Of a stretch of DNA of 34,983 nucleotides, positions 1 to 8,113 are shown piece by piece. The notes beneath the pieces were generated by a model that saw nothing but the letters and a program-made list of their open reading frames with translations, ran no database searches and had not been told where the DNA came from. A program made the translations under genes and the position numbers. The stretch is from Gemmatimonadota bacterium. Its GTDB lineage: Bacteria > Gemmatimonadota > Gemmatimonadetes > Longimicrobiales > Gaopeijiaceae. Numbering within the stretch: position 1 is the stretch's first letter; every line of letters starts with the position of its first letter. The stretch is from assembly GCA_007129525.1 (NCBI GenBank), contig SKVI01000396.1:1-34983 (forward strand). The letters are read 5' to 3'.

Positions 1-1926
1 CACGACACGCCCCTGGTGGCCGCCGCCGCAGCCCTGGTGCAGTACATCCGGGACACGCAGCCTGCGGGGGCCGAGAACCTGCAGCCCCCTTCCATCCGCC
101 GCCCGGGCCGGGAGATGGTCCTGGACGAGATGACCCGCCGGAACCTGGAGCTGGTGGAGCCGCTGCGGAGCGGCGAGGAGGGCGGCACCCTGGTGGCGGT
201 CCTCGACGACACCGTCACCGCCATGGGCGCCCGGCTCCTGCGCCAGTGGATCCTTCGGCCCCTGGTGGAGCTGGACGACATTCGCCGTCGGCAGGAGACG
301 GTGGCCGAGCTGGTGGAGTCGCCTGAGCTCCGGAATCGGCTCCGGGAGGCGCTGGAGCCCATCCACGATCTGGAGCGGCTGGCGGGGAAGGTGGGCTCGG
401 GCCGGATCAACCCCCGGGAGCTGCTCTCCCTGGGCCGGTCGCTGGCCCGCCTCCCCGAGCTGAAGGAGGCGGGTGAGGATGCCCGGGTCTCCCTTCTCCG
501 AACCCTCACCGTGGAGATGGACCCGCTGGCCGACGTGGCCCGCCTCATCGACGAGGGCATCTCGGCCGAGGCTCCTCCCAACCTCCAGGACGGGGGGGTG
601 ATCCGGAAGGGCTTTTCCGCCGAGCTGGACGAGCTGCGCGAAACCCGCGATGGCGCCCGGGAGTTCATTGCCGGCCTCCAGACCCGCGAGCGGGAGCGGA
701 CGGGGATTGGCTCGCTGAAGGTGGGCTTCAACAAGGTTTTCGGGTACTACCTGGAGGTGACGAAGGCGAACCTGGACCGGGTCCCCGACGACTACGTCCG
801 CAAGCAGACCCTCTCGAATGCCGAGCGGTACTTCACCCCCGAGCTGAAGGAGTGGGAGGAGAAGGTCACCGGCGCCGAGGACCGGATCCTGGAGCTGGAG
901 ACCCGGCTTTTCCAGGAGCTCAGGAGCCGGGTGGCTCAGGAGGTGCGACGGTTGCAGGCCGCCGGGCGCCAGGTGGCCCGCCTCGACGTCCTCACCACCC
1001 TGGCCCGGGTGGCCACCCGCCGGCAGTACGCCCGGCCCCGCCTGCACGAGGGCTTCGAGCTGGAGATGCGGGCGGGCCGCCACCCGGTGGTGGAGACGAT
1101 GATGCCCTCCGAGGAGTTCATCCCCAACGACCTGACGCTGGACGACGAGGGCTGGATCGTCATCCTCACGGGGCCCAACATGGCGGGAAAGAGCACCATC
1201 CTCAGGCAGGTGGGGCTCATTCAGCTCCTGGCCCAGGTGGGATCGTTCGTCCCCGCCCGTGAGGCTCGGCTCCCGGTGTGCGACCGGATCTTCACCCGGG
1301 TGGGAGCCTCGGACAACCTGGCTCGGGGGCAGTCCACCTTCATGGTGGAGATGAACGAGACGGCGGCCATCGTCCACGGCGCCACCCCCCGGAGCCTGGT
1401 GCTGCTGGACGAGATCGGCCGGGGAACCTCCACCTACGACGGGGTGTCCATCGCCTGGGCCGTCACCGAGCACCTCCACGAGCACGTGGGGGCTCGGACG
1501 ATCTTTGCCACCCACTACCACGAGCTCACTCAGCTGGGGGACCTTCTGGACGGCGTCAAGAATATGAACGTGGTGGTGAAGGAGGCCGGTGACGAGATCA
1601 TCTTCCTGCGGCGCCTTGAGGACGGGGGCGCGGACCGCTCCTACGGGATCCAGGTGGGACGGCTGGCCGGCCTGCCGGACGACGTCATCGCACGGGCGCG
1701 GGAGATTCTCCGAGAGCTGGAGGGCAGCCATTCCGGGGGAGGCGAGGGACTGGGGCGCTTCGGCCGACACGCCCCGGCCTCCGCCGCGCCGGAGCGGGAC
1801 CAGATGTCCCTCTTCCAGGAAGACCCTCTGGTGGCCCGCCTGCGGGAGGTGGAGCTGGAGGGGACGACCCCCCTGGAGGCGCTGAACCTCCTGGCCGAAC
1901 TTCGAGCGGCGGCTCGGGACCGATAG
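1..1926 (+). CDS. mutS: DNA mismatch repair protein MutS, C-terminal ~640 aa (5' end cut by window edge)
   Basis: Frame 1 is open from base 1 to TAG at 1924-1926. The translation carries MutS ATPase signatures GPNMAGKST (Walker A), STFMVEM, DEIGRGTSTYDG and THYHEL. The track start at 16 is only the first in-frame GTG. A full MutS is about 200 aa longer, so the real start lies upstream of the window. Confidence 0.95.
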   Translation, partial: HDTPLVAAAAALVQYIRDTQPAGAENLQPPSIRRPGREMVLDEMTRRNLELVEPLRSGEEGGTLVAVLDDTVTAMGARLLRQWILRPLVELDDIRRRQETVAELVESPELRNRLREALEPIHDLERLAGKVGSGRINPRELLSLGRSLARLPELKEAGEDARVSLLRTLTVEMDPLADVARLIDEGISAEAPPNLQDGGVIRKGFSAELDELRETRDGAREFIAGLQTRERERTGIGSLKVGFNKVFGYYLEVTKANLDRVPDDYVRKQTLSNAERYFTPELKEWEEKVTGAEDRILELETRLFQELRSRVAQEVRRLQAAGRQVARLDVLTTLARVATRRQYARPRLHEGFELEMRAGRHPVVETMMPSEEFIPNDLTLDDEGWIVILTGPNMAGKSTILRQVGLIQLLAQVGSFVPAREARLPVCDRIFTRVGASDNLARGQSTFMVEMNETAAIVHGATPRSLVLLDEIGRGTSTYDGVSIAWAVTEHLHEHVGARTIFATHYHELTQLGDLLDGVKNMNVVVKEAGDEIIFLRRLEDGGADRSYGIQVGRLAGLPDDVIARAREILRELEGSHSGGGEGLGRFGRHAPASAAPERDQMSLFQEDPLVARLREVELEGTTPLEALNLLAELRAAARDR

Positions 1927-2006
1927 ACGGCGCACCGGGATTTACAGGGAGCGGGCCCAGGTGCCTGAACCCCAATCACGACACGATAGATACGGAGTTC
2001 GACGCG

Positions 2007-2465
2007 ATGCAGATGACCCAGAGTGCTGGGCAGACCCGGGGAGCCGCCGCCGGCCGTGCGGAGAGCCTGCGAGGAGACGTCCGTGGGGCCGGAATCCTCC
2101 CCCGGGCGGGTGTCCTACTCCTGGCGCTGGCGGCGCTCTTCCTCATGGCGGCATGCGGAGGAGAGGGCGAACTGGAGCAGCCGGTGCCCCTCTACGGAAA
2201 CAACCCCATCGAGTACCCCCTGGACCTCTGGGACGAGGGTGCCGAGGGCGCTGCGATCCTCCGGGTCAGGGTCGATGAGCGGGGTCATGTGGACTCGGTG
2301 GAGGTGGCCGAGTCATCGGGCCATGAGGGCCTGGACGCCGCGGCGGTGGCCGGGGCCCGGGAGCTTCGTTTCGAGCCCGGCCGCAAGGACGGAAAGCGGA
2401 TCCGGATGTGGGCCACCCTCCCGGTGGAGTTCTCCACCCGACCCACTCCCGTGGACCAGGACTGA
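2007..2465 (+). CDS. small lipoprotein with a TonB C-terminal-like domain
   Basis: 152-aa ORF. The N-terminus has a hydrophobic span ending in a lipobox-like LMAAC. The C-terminal ~80 aa (PIEYPLDLWDEGAEGAAILRVRVDERGHVDSVEVAESSGHEGLDAAAVAGARELRFEPG...) resembles the TonB_C fold pattern. A GGAG lies 9 nt upstream of the ATG. The start could also be the ATG at 2013. Confidence 0.7.
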   Translation: MQMTQSAGQTRGAAAGRAESLRGDVRGAGILPRAGVLLLALAALFLMAACGGEGELEQPVPLYGNNPIEYPLDLWDEGAEGAAILRVRVDERGHVDSVEVAESSGHEGLDAAAVAGARELRFEPGRKDGKRIRMWATLPVEFSTRPTPVDQD

Positions 2466-2469
2466 TCGA

Positions 2470-3522
2470 ATGAGCGAACGGCACCGGAGGCCGTACGACA
2501 ACGTGACCGAGCTGGTGGGGTGGACGCCCCTGGTCCGCCTGAAGCGGGTGGCCGAGGGGATCCGCACGCCGGTCTACGGAAAGTGCGAGTTCATGAATCC
2601 CGGCGGCTCGGTCAAGGACCGCATCGGCCAGGCCATCGTGGAAGCCGCCGAGGACGAGGGTCGGCTGGGTCCGGGGGGGACCATCGTGGAGGCCACCTCA
2701 GGCAACACCGGGCTGGCCCTGGCCATGGCGGCCTCGTCCCGGGGCTACCGCTGCATCTTCGTCATGCCCGACAAGATGAGCCTTGAGAAGCGGAAGCTTC
2801 TGAGGGCCTTCGGTGCCGAGGTGGTCATCGTTCCCAGCGACGTGGGGCCCGACCACCCGGACCACTACACCCAGCGGGCGCGGAGCATTGCCCAGGACAC
2901 CCCGGGCGCCGTTCTGGCCGACCAGTTCTACAACCCGGCCAACCCCCAGGCCCACTACGAGTCCACCGGCCCCGAGCTCTGGGAGCAGACCGGGGGCCGG
3001 ATCACCCACTTCTTTGCCGGGGCCGGCACCGGGGGAACCATCACGGGGACCGCCCGCTACCTCAAGGAGCAGAACCCCGAGGTTCAAATCGTGGGAGTCG
3101 ATCCGGTGGGCTCGGTCCTGGCCACCTACTTTCACACCGGCGAGATGCCCGAAGGCCAGGTCTACCAGGTGGAGGGGCTGGGCAACGACAAGATCCCCGG
3201 TGCCCTGGACCTGGATCTGGTGGACGACTACGTGACGGTCACCGACGCCGAGGCCTTCCGCATGGGGCGCCGGCTTACCCGGGAAGAGGGCCTCTTCGTG
3301 GGGGGCTCGTCGGGGCTCATCGTCCACGCCGCCCTGGAGCGGGCCCGGGAGCTGGACGACCCCGACGCCCTGGTGGTGGCGGTCCTCTGCGACTGGGGCG
3401 AGCACTACCTGAGCAAGATGTACGACGAGGCCTGGCTCGCCGAGAACGAAATCTCTCTGAACGGAGAGATTGGTGGCCGGGACGGAGAGATCGAGGCGCC
3501 GACGGCCGGAGACGGCGGGTGA
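2470..3522 (+). CDS. PLP-dependent cysteine synthase / cystathionine beta-synthase family enzyme (no Bateman/CBS-pair module)
   Basis: Homology begins at MSERHRRPYDNVTELVGWTPLVRL (ATG 2470). Motifs present: PLP-lysine GGSVKDR, TSGNTGLALA, GAGTGGTITG, GGSSG, and the CBS-core-like YQVEGLGNDKIP. The upstream part of the track ORF (2023-2469) overlaps the preceding gene out of frame and is not coding. Confidence 0.9.
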   Translation: MSERHRRPYDNVTELVGWTPLVRLKRVAEGIRTPVYGKCEFMNPGGSVKDRIGQAIVEAAEDEGRLGPGGTIVEATSGNTGLALAMAASSRGYRCIFVMPDKMSLEKRKLLRAFGAEVVIVPSDVGPDHPDHYTQRARSIAQDTPGAVLADQFYNPANPQAHYESTGPELWEQTGGRITHFFAGAGTGGTITGTARYLKEQNPEVQIVGVDPVGSVLATYFHTGEMPEGQVYQVEGLGNDKIPGALDLDLVDDYVTVTDAEAFRMGRRLTREEGLFVGGSSGLIVHAALERARELDDPDALVVAVLCDWGEHYLSKMYDEAWLAENEISLNGEIGGRDGEIEAPTAGDGG

Positions 3523-4568
3523 GCGACGAGCCCCTCCACGTGGCCGTCCTCATGGGCGGGGCGTCCGGCGAGCGGAACGTCTCGCTGGCCTCGGGCACGC
3601 AGGTGGCCCGGGCGCTGCGGTCGCTGGGTCACCGGGTGGTGGCGGTGGATACGGCCCGGGGCGTCCTCACGCAGGAGGAGGAGGAGCGGATCCTGGCCCG
3701 GGGCGTGGGGGCCGAGCCGCCTGCCGGGCTCGGCGCCGACCTCCTGGAGACCGGCGACATCAGTCGCCTGACCCGCCTGCCGGAGCTGGAGGGGGTGGAT
3801 GCGGTCTTCCCGGCCCTCCACGGCGGGAGCGGGGAGGACGGCACCCTGCAGGCCCTCCTGGATCTCACCGGACTCGTGTACGCCGGCAGCGGGCGGCTGG
3901 GATGCACCCTGGCCATGGACAAGGAGGTCTCGAAGCGGCTCTTCCGCGACGCCGGGATTCCCACGCCCGACTGGCTGGCCTCGCCGGTGGGGCTGGACCG
4001 GGTGGAAGAGGAGCTGGGGCTTCCGGTCATCGTGAAGCCGCCCTCGGGAGGCTCCACCCTGGGGCTCACCCTGGCCCACGACCGCCCCGAACTGGAGGCG
4101 GCGGTGGCCGAGGCGCGCCGCTACGAAGACCGTATCCTCTTCGAGCGGTACGTGAAGGGCAGGGAGCTCACCGTGGGAATCGTGGGAGACCGGGCCCTCC
4201 CGGTGGGGGAGATCATCCCCGCCAACGAGCTCTTCGACTACGAGTGCAAGTACCAGCCCGGGATGGCCCGGGAGATCTTCCCCGCCGACATTCCCACCGA
4301 CACCGCCCGGCGGCTGCAGACGCTGGCCCTGGCGGTGCACCGGACCCTCTTCCTGGAAGATTTCTCCCGGGTGGACTTCATCGTGGATCCCCAGGGGGAG
4401 GCCTGGTGCCTGGAGGCCAACGCGTTGCCGGGCCTCACCGCCACCTCGCTTCTCCCCCAGGCCGGCGAGGCCGGCGATCTTCCCTTCCCCCGCCTCTGCC
4501 AGGAGATCGTCCGTCTGGCCCTCCGGCGACGGGCCCGGCAACAGAATGCGGGAGAGTCTGCGTCGTGA
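3519..4568 (+). CDS. ddl: D-alanine--D-alanine ligase
   Basis: 349-aa ATP-grasp protein with Ddl signatures VAVLMGGASGERNVSLASG, FPALHGGSGEDGTLQALLD and LEANALPGLT. The GTG start overlaps the upstream stop (GTGA at 3519-3522). Confidence 0.93.
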   Translation: MSDEPLHVAVLMGGASGERNVSLASGTQVARALRSLGHRVVAVDTARGVLTQEEEERILARGVGAEPPAGLGADLLETGDISRLTRLPELEGVDAVFPALHGGSGEDGTLQALLDLTGLVYAGSGRLGCTLAMDKEVSKRLFRDAGIPTPDWLASPVGLDRVEEELGLPVIVKPPSGGSTLGLTLAHDRPELEAAVAEARRYEDRILFERYVKGRELTVGIVGDRALPVGEIIPANELFDYECKYQPGMAREIFPADIPTDTARRLQTLALAVHRTLFLEDFSRVDFIVDPQGEAWCLEANALPGLTATSLLPQAGEAGDLPFPRLCQEIVRLALRRRARQQNAGESAS

Positions 4569-4601
4569 GCGGGTCGGGGGAACACCCTCCGGGCGGCCGG
4601 G

Positions 4602-4630
4602 TTGAACCGGCAGGCGCCGAGGGGTAGGAT
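4602..4630 (+). promoter_or_regulatory. candidate sigma70-type promoter TTGAAC-N17-TAGGAT upstream of the rhomboid gene
   Basis: TTGAAC at 4602-4607 and TAGGAT at 4625-4630 are separated by exactly 17 nt. The -10-like hexamer ends 54 nt before the ATG at 4685, inside a 116-bp intergenic gap. Each hexamer matches the E. coli consensus at 4 of 6 positions. The promoter rules of this lineage are unknown. Confidence 0.35.
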
Positions 4631-4684
4631 GAACGCTCCCGGCCCTTCGCCCGATCCGCCCCTTCCGTCGGTACCGCGCGCCCC

Positions 4685-5545
4685 ATGTCGTACGGTTCGC
4701 CACGATTCGCCTTCGGCTACCGCCTGACCCCCTGGGTCAAGCGGCTGCTCATCGCCAATACGGCGGTGCATCTGTTGGCCGTGCTCATCGGCCAGGGCGG
4801 ACAGCTCTTCTTGTGGGAATGGTTCGGCTTCACCCCTGCCGAGTCCTTCTACAAGCCCTGGGGCGCGGTGACCTACATGTTCCTGCACGGGGACATCTGG
4901 CACCTCCTCATGAACATGCTGGTCCTCTTCTTCTTCGGACCGCCGTTGGAGGAGCGCTGGGGCGCGAAGGGATTCCTCCGTTACTACGTGCTCTGCGGGC
5001 TCGGGGGTGCGGCCCTCTCCTTCGTCTTCGCCTTCAGTACCTCCGTCATCGGGGCCTCGGCGGCCATCTACGGGATCATGCTGGCGTTCGCCTGGTACTG
5101 GCCCGAGGCGCCCATCTACTTCTGGGGGATCTTCCCCATCAAGGCGAAGTGGCTGGTGGGCTTCTTCTTCGTGCTCACCTTCGTGTCGGCCTTCGCCGGC
5201 GCCGGGGGTGGGGTGGCCCACTTCGCCCATCTGGGCGGGCTGCTTGCGGGTCTCCTCTACCTGCGCACCGACGGCACCCTGGGCGCTCGCCTGGGCAAGT
5301 TGAAGGAGGCGACCCGGGTGGAGCGGCTGGCCATCGTGCCCCGGGACGACGACTCCCGGGAAGAGGCGGAGAAGGGGAGCCGGCGCCGGTCCGGCCGCTC
5401 AAGCGAGTCCCGGATGCCCGATGACGAGCTCCTGGACGAGGTGGACCGGATCCTGGACAAGATCTCCGAGACCGGGATCCAGTCGCTGACGGAGAAGGAG
5501 AGGGGGGTGCTGGACGAGGTGTCCAGGCGCCGGCGCTCCAACTGA
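4685..5545 (+). CDS. rhomboid family intramembrane serine protease with a charged C-terminal tail
   Basis: Rhomboid signatures are present: HGDIWHLLMNM, the catalytic-Ser motif GASAAIYG and the catalytic-His motif HLGGLLAGLLY, within multiple hydrophobic spans. About 90 aa of hydrophilic tail follow the last TM segment. Confidence 0.88.
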   Translation: MSYGSPRFAFGYRLTPWVKRLLIANTAVHLLAVLIGQGGQLFLWEWFGFTPAESFYKPWGAVTYMFLHGDIWHLLMNMLVLFFFGPPLEERWGAKGFLRYYVLCGLGGAALSFVFAFSTSVIGASAAIYGIMLAFAWYWPEAPIYFWGIFPIKAKWLVGFFFVLTFVSAFAGAGGGVAHFAHLGGLLAGLLYLRTDGTLGARLGKLKEATRVERLAIVPRDDDSREEAEKGSRRRSGRSSESRMPDDELLDEVDRILDKISETGIQSLTEKERGVLDEVSRRRRSN

Positions 5546-5555
5546 CGGGTCGTCC

Positions 5556-5643
5556 GGTCCCGGGCTGGGATTCGGCGGTCCCGGGCTGGGATCCGGCGAT
5601 CCCGCGCTGGCATTCGGCGGTCCCGGGCCTTAGCCTGGATTCG
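5556..5643. repeat. 21-bp head-to-tail tandem repeat, three full copies plus one degenerate copy
   Basis: The copies are GGTCCCGGGCTGGGATTCGGC (5556-5576), GGTCCCGGGCTGGGATCCGGC (5577-5597) and GATCCCGCGCTGGCATTCGGC (5598-5618). A fourth copy at 5619-5643, GGTCCCGGGC[CTTAGC]CTGGATTCG, carries a 6-nt insertion. The array lies in the 131-bp gap between the rhomboid stop (5545) and the M14 peptidase ATG (5677). Confidence 0.9.
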
Positions 5644-5676
5644 TTCGCATCCGCACAACTCCTTCCCCGACCGCTC

Positions 5677-8073
5677 ATGTCTCGCTCCGTCGTTCCCGCG
5701 GGCTTCGTCGCCCTCGTCCTCATGGCCGGGGTCCTGGTTTCGGCCCCCGCCCTCCAGGCCCAGGTGCCCACCCCCCTCGAGCACTTCGGTCACGAGCTCG
5801 GCGCCGACCGGGAACTGGCCGACTGGGAGAGCCTCCTGGCCTACTACGAGCGGGTGGCGGCGGCGAGTCCCCGGGTGCAGATCGACACCATGGGGACCAC
5901 CACCCGGGGCCGGCACATGGTGAAGCTCACAATCTCGGCCCCGGCCAACATGGACCGCCTGGACGAGATCCGGGAGACGAACCAGACACTCGCCGACCCC
6001 CGCCGGATCCAGGGCGACGCCCACCGGGACGAACTCCTGGCGGAGGGGAGAGCCGTGGTCCTCATCACCAACCACATCCACTCCTTCGAGGTGGGATCGG
6101 GCCAGATGCCGGCGTCACTCGTCTACCGGCTGGCCACCTCCAACGAGCCCCGGGTACTGGAGATCCTGGAGAACGTGGTCCTGGTGAACGTGCCCTCGCT
6201 GAACCCAGATGGCACCCAGTACGTGGCCGACTGGTGGAACCGGTGGCGGGGCACCGAGTTCGAGAGCGCTCCGCTCCCCTGGCTCTATCACTGGTACGTG
6301 GGCCACGACAACAACCGTGACTGGTACGCCATCCGGCAGGTGGAGACCGAGCTCACCGTGCGCCACGCCCACAACCACTGGCGTCCCCACATCGTGCAGG
6401 ACCATCACCAGCTCTGGGCCGACAACCTCCGGATCTGGGTGCCGCCCTACCAGGATCCCTGGGAGCCCAACATCGATCCGGCCCTCATCGGCGCCACCAA
6501 CCAACTGGGCTCCTATGTGGCCTCGGAGCTGCTGGCTGAAGGGAAGAGCGGGGTGGGCACCTACTCCATCTTCGACGCCTTCACCCCGGCCCGGGCCTAC
6601 CAGCACCACCATGGTGGGGTGCGGATCCTGGTGGAGGTGGCCCGGGCCGACTGGGCCGCCCCGGTGGAGCTCACCCCCGACGACCTGAGCGCCCGGCGGG
6701 GGGCCGATCCCCACACGCCCAGTTGGAATCACCCCCGTCCCTGGTCCGGCGGCCAGTGGGGGATCGGCGACATCGTGGAGTACATGGAGTCGGCGGCCAT
6801 GGCGGTGCTGACCCACGCGGCCCGGAACCGGGAGTACTGGGTCCGGAACTTCCACGGCATCCAGTCCCGGGCAGTGGAGGGATGGGAGGAGTGGCCCGCC
6901 GCCTGGGTCCTTCCCCCGGCCTCCGAGCAGTACGACCCGGTGCGGCTGGAGGACCTGGTCCGGATCCTGCGCCTGGGCGACGTGGAGATCCACCGGGCCG
7001 AAGCGCCCTTCACCACCGGGGCCGGCTCGGAGGACGGTACCCGGGAGTGGCCCGAGGGGAGCTACGTGATCCCCATGGGGCAGCCCTTCGCTTCCTTCGC
7101 CCAGGCCCTCCTGGAGCGGCAGGACTACCCCGACCTGCGGCTCTATCCCGGAGGCCCGCCCCAGACCCCCTACGACGTCACCGCCCACACCCTGCCGCTG
7201 CTCATGGGGGTCGACGCCCATGCGGTGGACACCTCCGTCGATGCGCCCCTCTCCGACGTGATCCCGGTCCCCGAGCGCATTACCTACCCCCTCCCGCCGG
7301 AGCTCGCCGGCGCCGCCGCGCCGCGGGTGGGTGTCTTCAAGGGGTGGGGCGAATCACAGCCCTCTGGGTGGACCCGCTGGACGCTGGACCGGCACGAGCT
7401 GCCCTACGACACCCTCATGCAGGTCCACATCCGGGAAGGCGACTTTCGGGACCGGGTGGACGTGGTCCTCTTCCAGTCCCGGGGGGCCGGCTCCATCGTC
7501 GAGGGCTACTCGTCCGACGTCATCGCCGAGCCCTACGCCGGGGGCATTGGCCAGGAGGGGCTGGAGCACCTGCGGGGATGGGTCGAGGAGGGGGGACGGA
7601 TCGTGGCGGTGGAGTCCGCCGCCGACCTCTTTATCGATCTCTTCGACCTGGAGGTGAGTCGGGAAGGGCAGGGGGTCGAGAGCACCGAGTTCTTCGTGCC
7701 CGGCTCCATCCTGCGCATGAACCTGGAGGACCACCCCTTCGTGGCGGGCCTCGAGGCCGAGACCGTCGCCTGGTTCCGCGGCGGAGGCGGGGGCGGCGGC
7801 TCCCGGGCCTTCACCGTGGACGATCCCCGGGTGGAGGTGCTGGCCCGCTACGGCGAGGGCGACCCCCTCCTGTCGGGCTGGCTCATGGGGCCCGAGTACG
7901 TGGCCGGCGGTCCGGCGCTGCTCCGGGCCGAGGTGGGCCAGGGGGAGCTGATCCTCTTCGGCTTCCAGCCCGACTACCGGGGCCAGTCGTCGGCCACCTG
8001 GCCGCTCCTGCTGAGGGCGCTGGGCAGTGGAGACGATCCCGCTGGCGGCGGACACGGCGCCGACCTACTGTGA
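5677..8073 (+). CDS. secreted M14-family zinc metallocarboxypeptidase with a large C-terminal extension
   Basis: 798 aa with an N-terminal signal peptide (VALVLMAGVLVSAPALQAQ). M14 motifs are present: HSFE (HxxE zinc ligands) in NHIHSFEVGSG, then SLNPDG and GHDNNRDWY. About 400 aa beyond the catalytic domain are not assigned. Confidence 0.85.
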   Translation: MSRSVVPAGFVALVLMAGVLVSAPALQAQVPTPLEHFGHELGADRELADWESLLAYYERVAAASPRVQIDTMGTTTRGRHMVKLTISAPANMDRLDEIRETNQTLADPRRIQGDAHRDELLAEGRAVVLITNHIHSFEVGSGQMPASLVYRLATSNEPRVLEILENVVLVNVPSLNPDGTQYVADWWNRWRGTEFESAPLPWLYHWYVGHDNNRDWYAIRQVETELTVRHAHNHWRPHIVQDHHQLWADNLRIWVPPYQDPWEPNIDPALIGATNQLGSYVASELLAEGKSGVGTYSIFDAFTPARAYQHHHGGVRILVEVARADWAAPVELTPDDLSARRGADPHTPSWNHPRPWSGGQWGIGDIVEYMESAAMAVLTHAARNREYWVRNFHGIQSRAVEGWEEWPAAWVLPPASEQYDPVRLEDLVRILRLGDVEIHRAEAPFTTGAGSEDGTREWPEGSYVIPMGQPFASFAQALLERQDYPDLRLYPGGPPQTPYDVTAHTLPLLMGVDAHAVDTSVDAPLSDVIPVPERITYPLPPELAGAAAPRVGVFKGWGESQPSGWTRWTLDRHELPYDTLMQVHIREGDFRDRVDVVLFQSRGAGSIVEGYSSDVIAEPYAGGIGQEGLEHLRGWVEEGGRIVAVESAADLFIDLFDLEVSREGQGVESTEFFVPGSILRMNLEDHPFVAGLEAETVAWFRGGGGGGGSRAFTVDDPRVEVLARYGEGDPLLSGWLMGPEYVAGGPALLRAEVGQGELILFGFQPDYRGQSSATWPLLLRALGSGDDPAGGGHGADLL

Positions 8074-8113
8074 GAAACGTCCCTCCCAATCTTCGTTCCG
8101 CCCCTTGAGGCCC

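Noticed and set aside
2023-2469. An N-terminal 149-codon extension of the CysK/CBS-family ORF that overlaps the TonB-domain gene.
   Set aside because: The extension is an alternative frame of the lipoprotein gene with a Pro/Arg/Ser/Trp-rich translation and no homology. Family similarity starts precisely at the ATG at 2470, 4 nt after the upstream stop.
5556-5643. The 21-bp repeat array considered as a miniature CRISPR array.
   Set aside because: The units are directly abutting with no spacers, they are shorter than typical CRISPR repeats, and no cas genes are present in the window.
7780-7800. A run of seven glycine codons in the M14 peptidase considered as a slippage-prone, phase-variable tract.
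   Set aside because: The run mixes GGC, GGA and GGG codons and is not a perfect homopolymer or short-unit repeat. Any 3-nt slippage would stay in frame. It is most simply a flexible linker.
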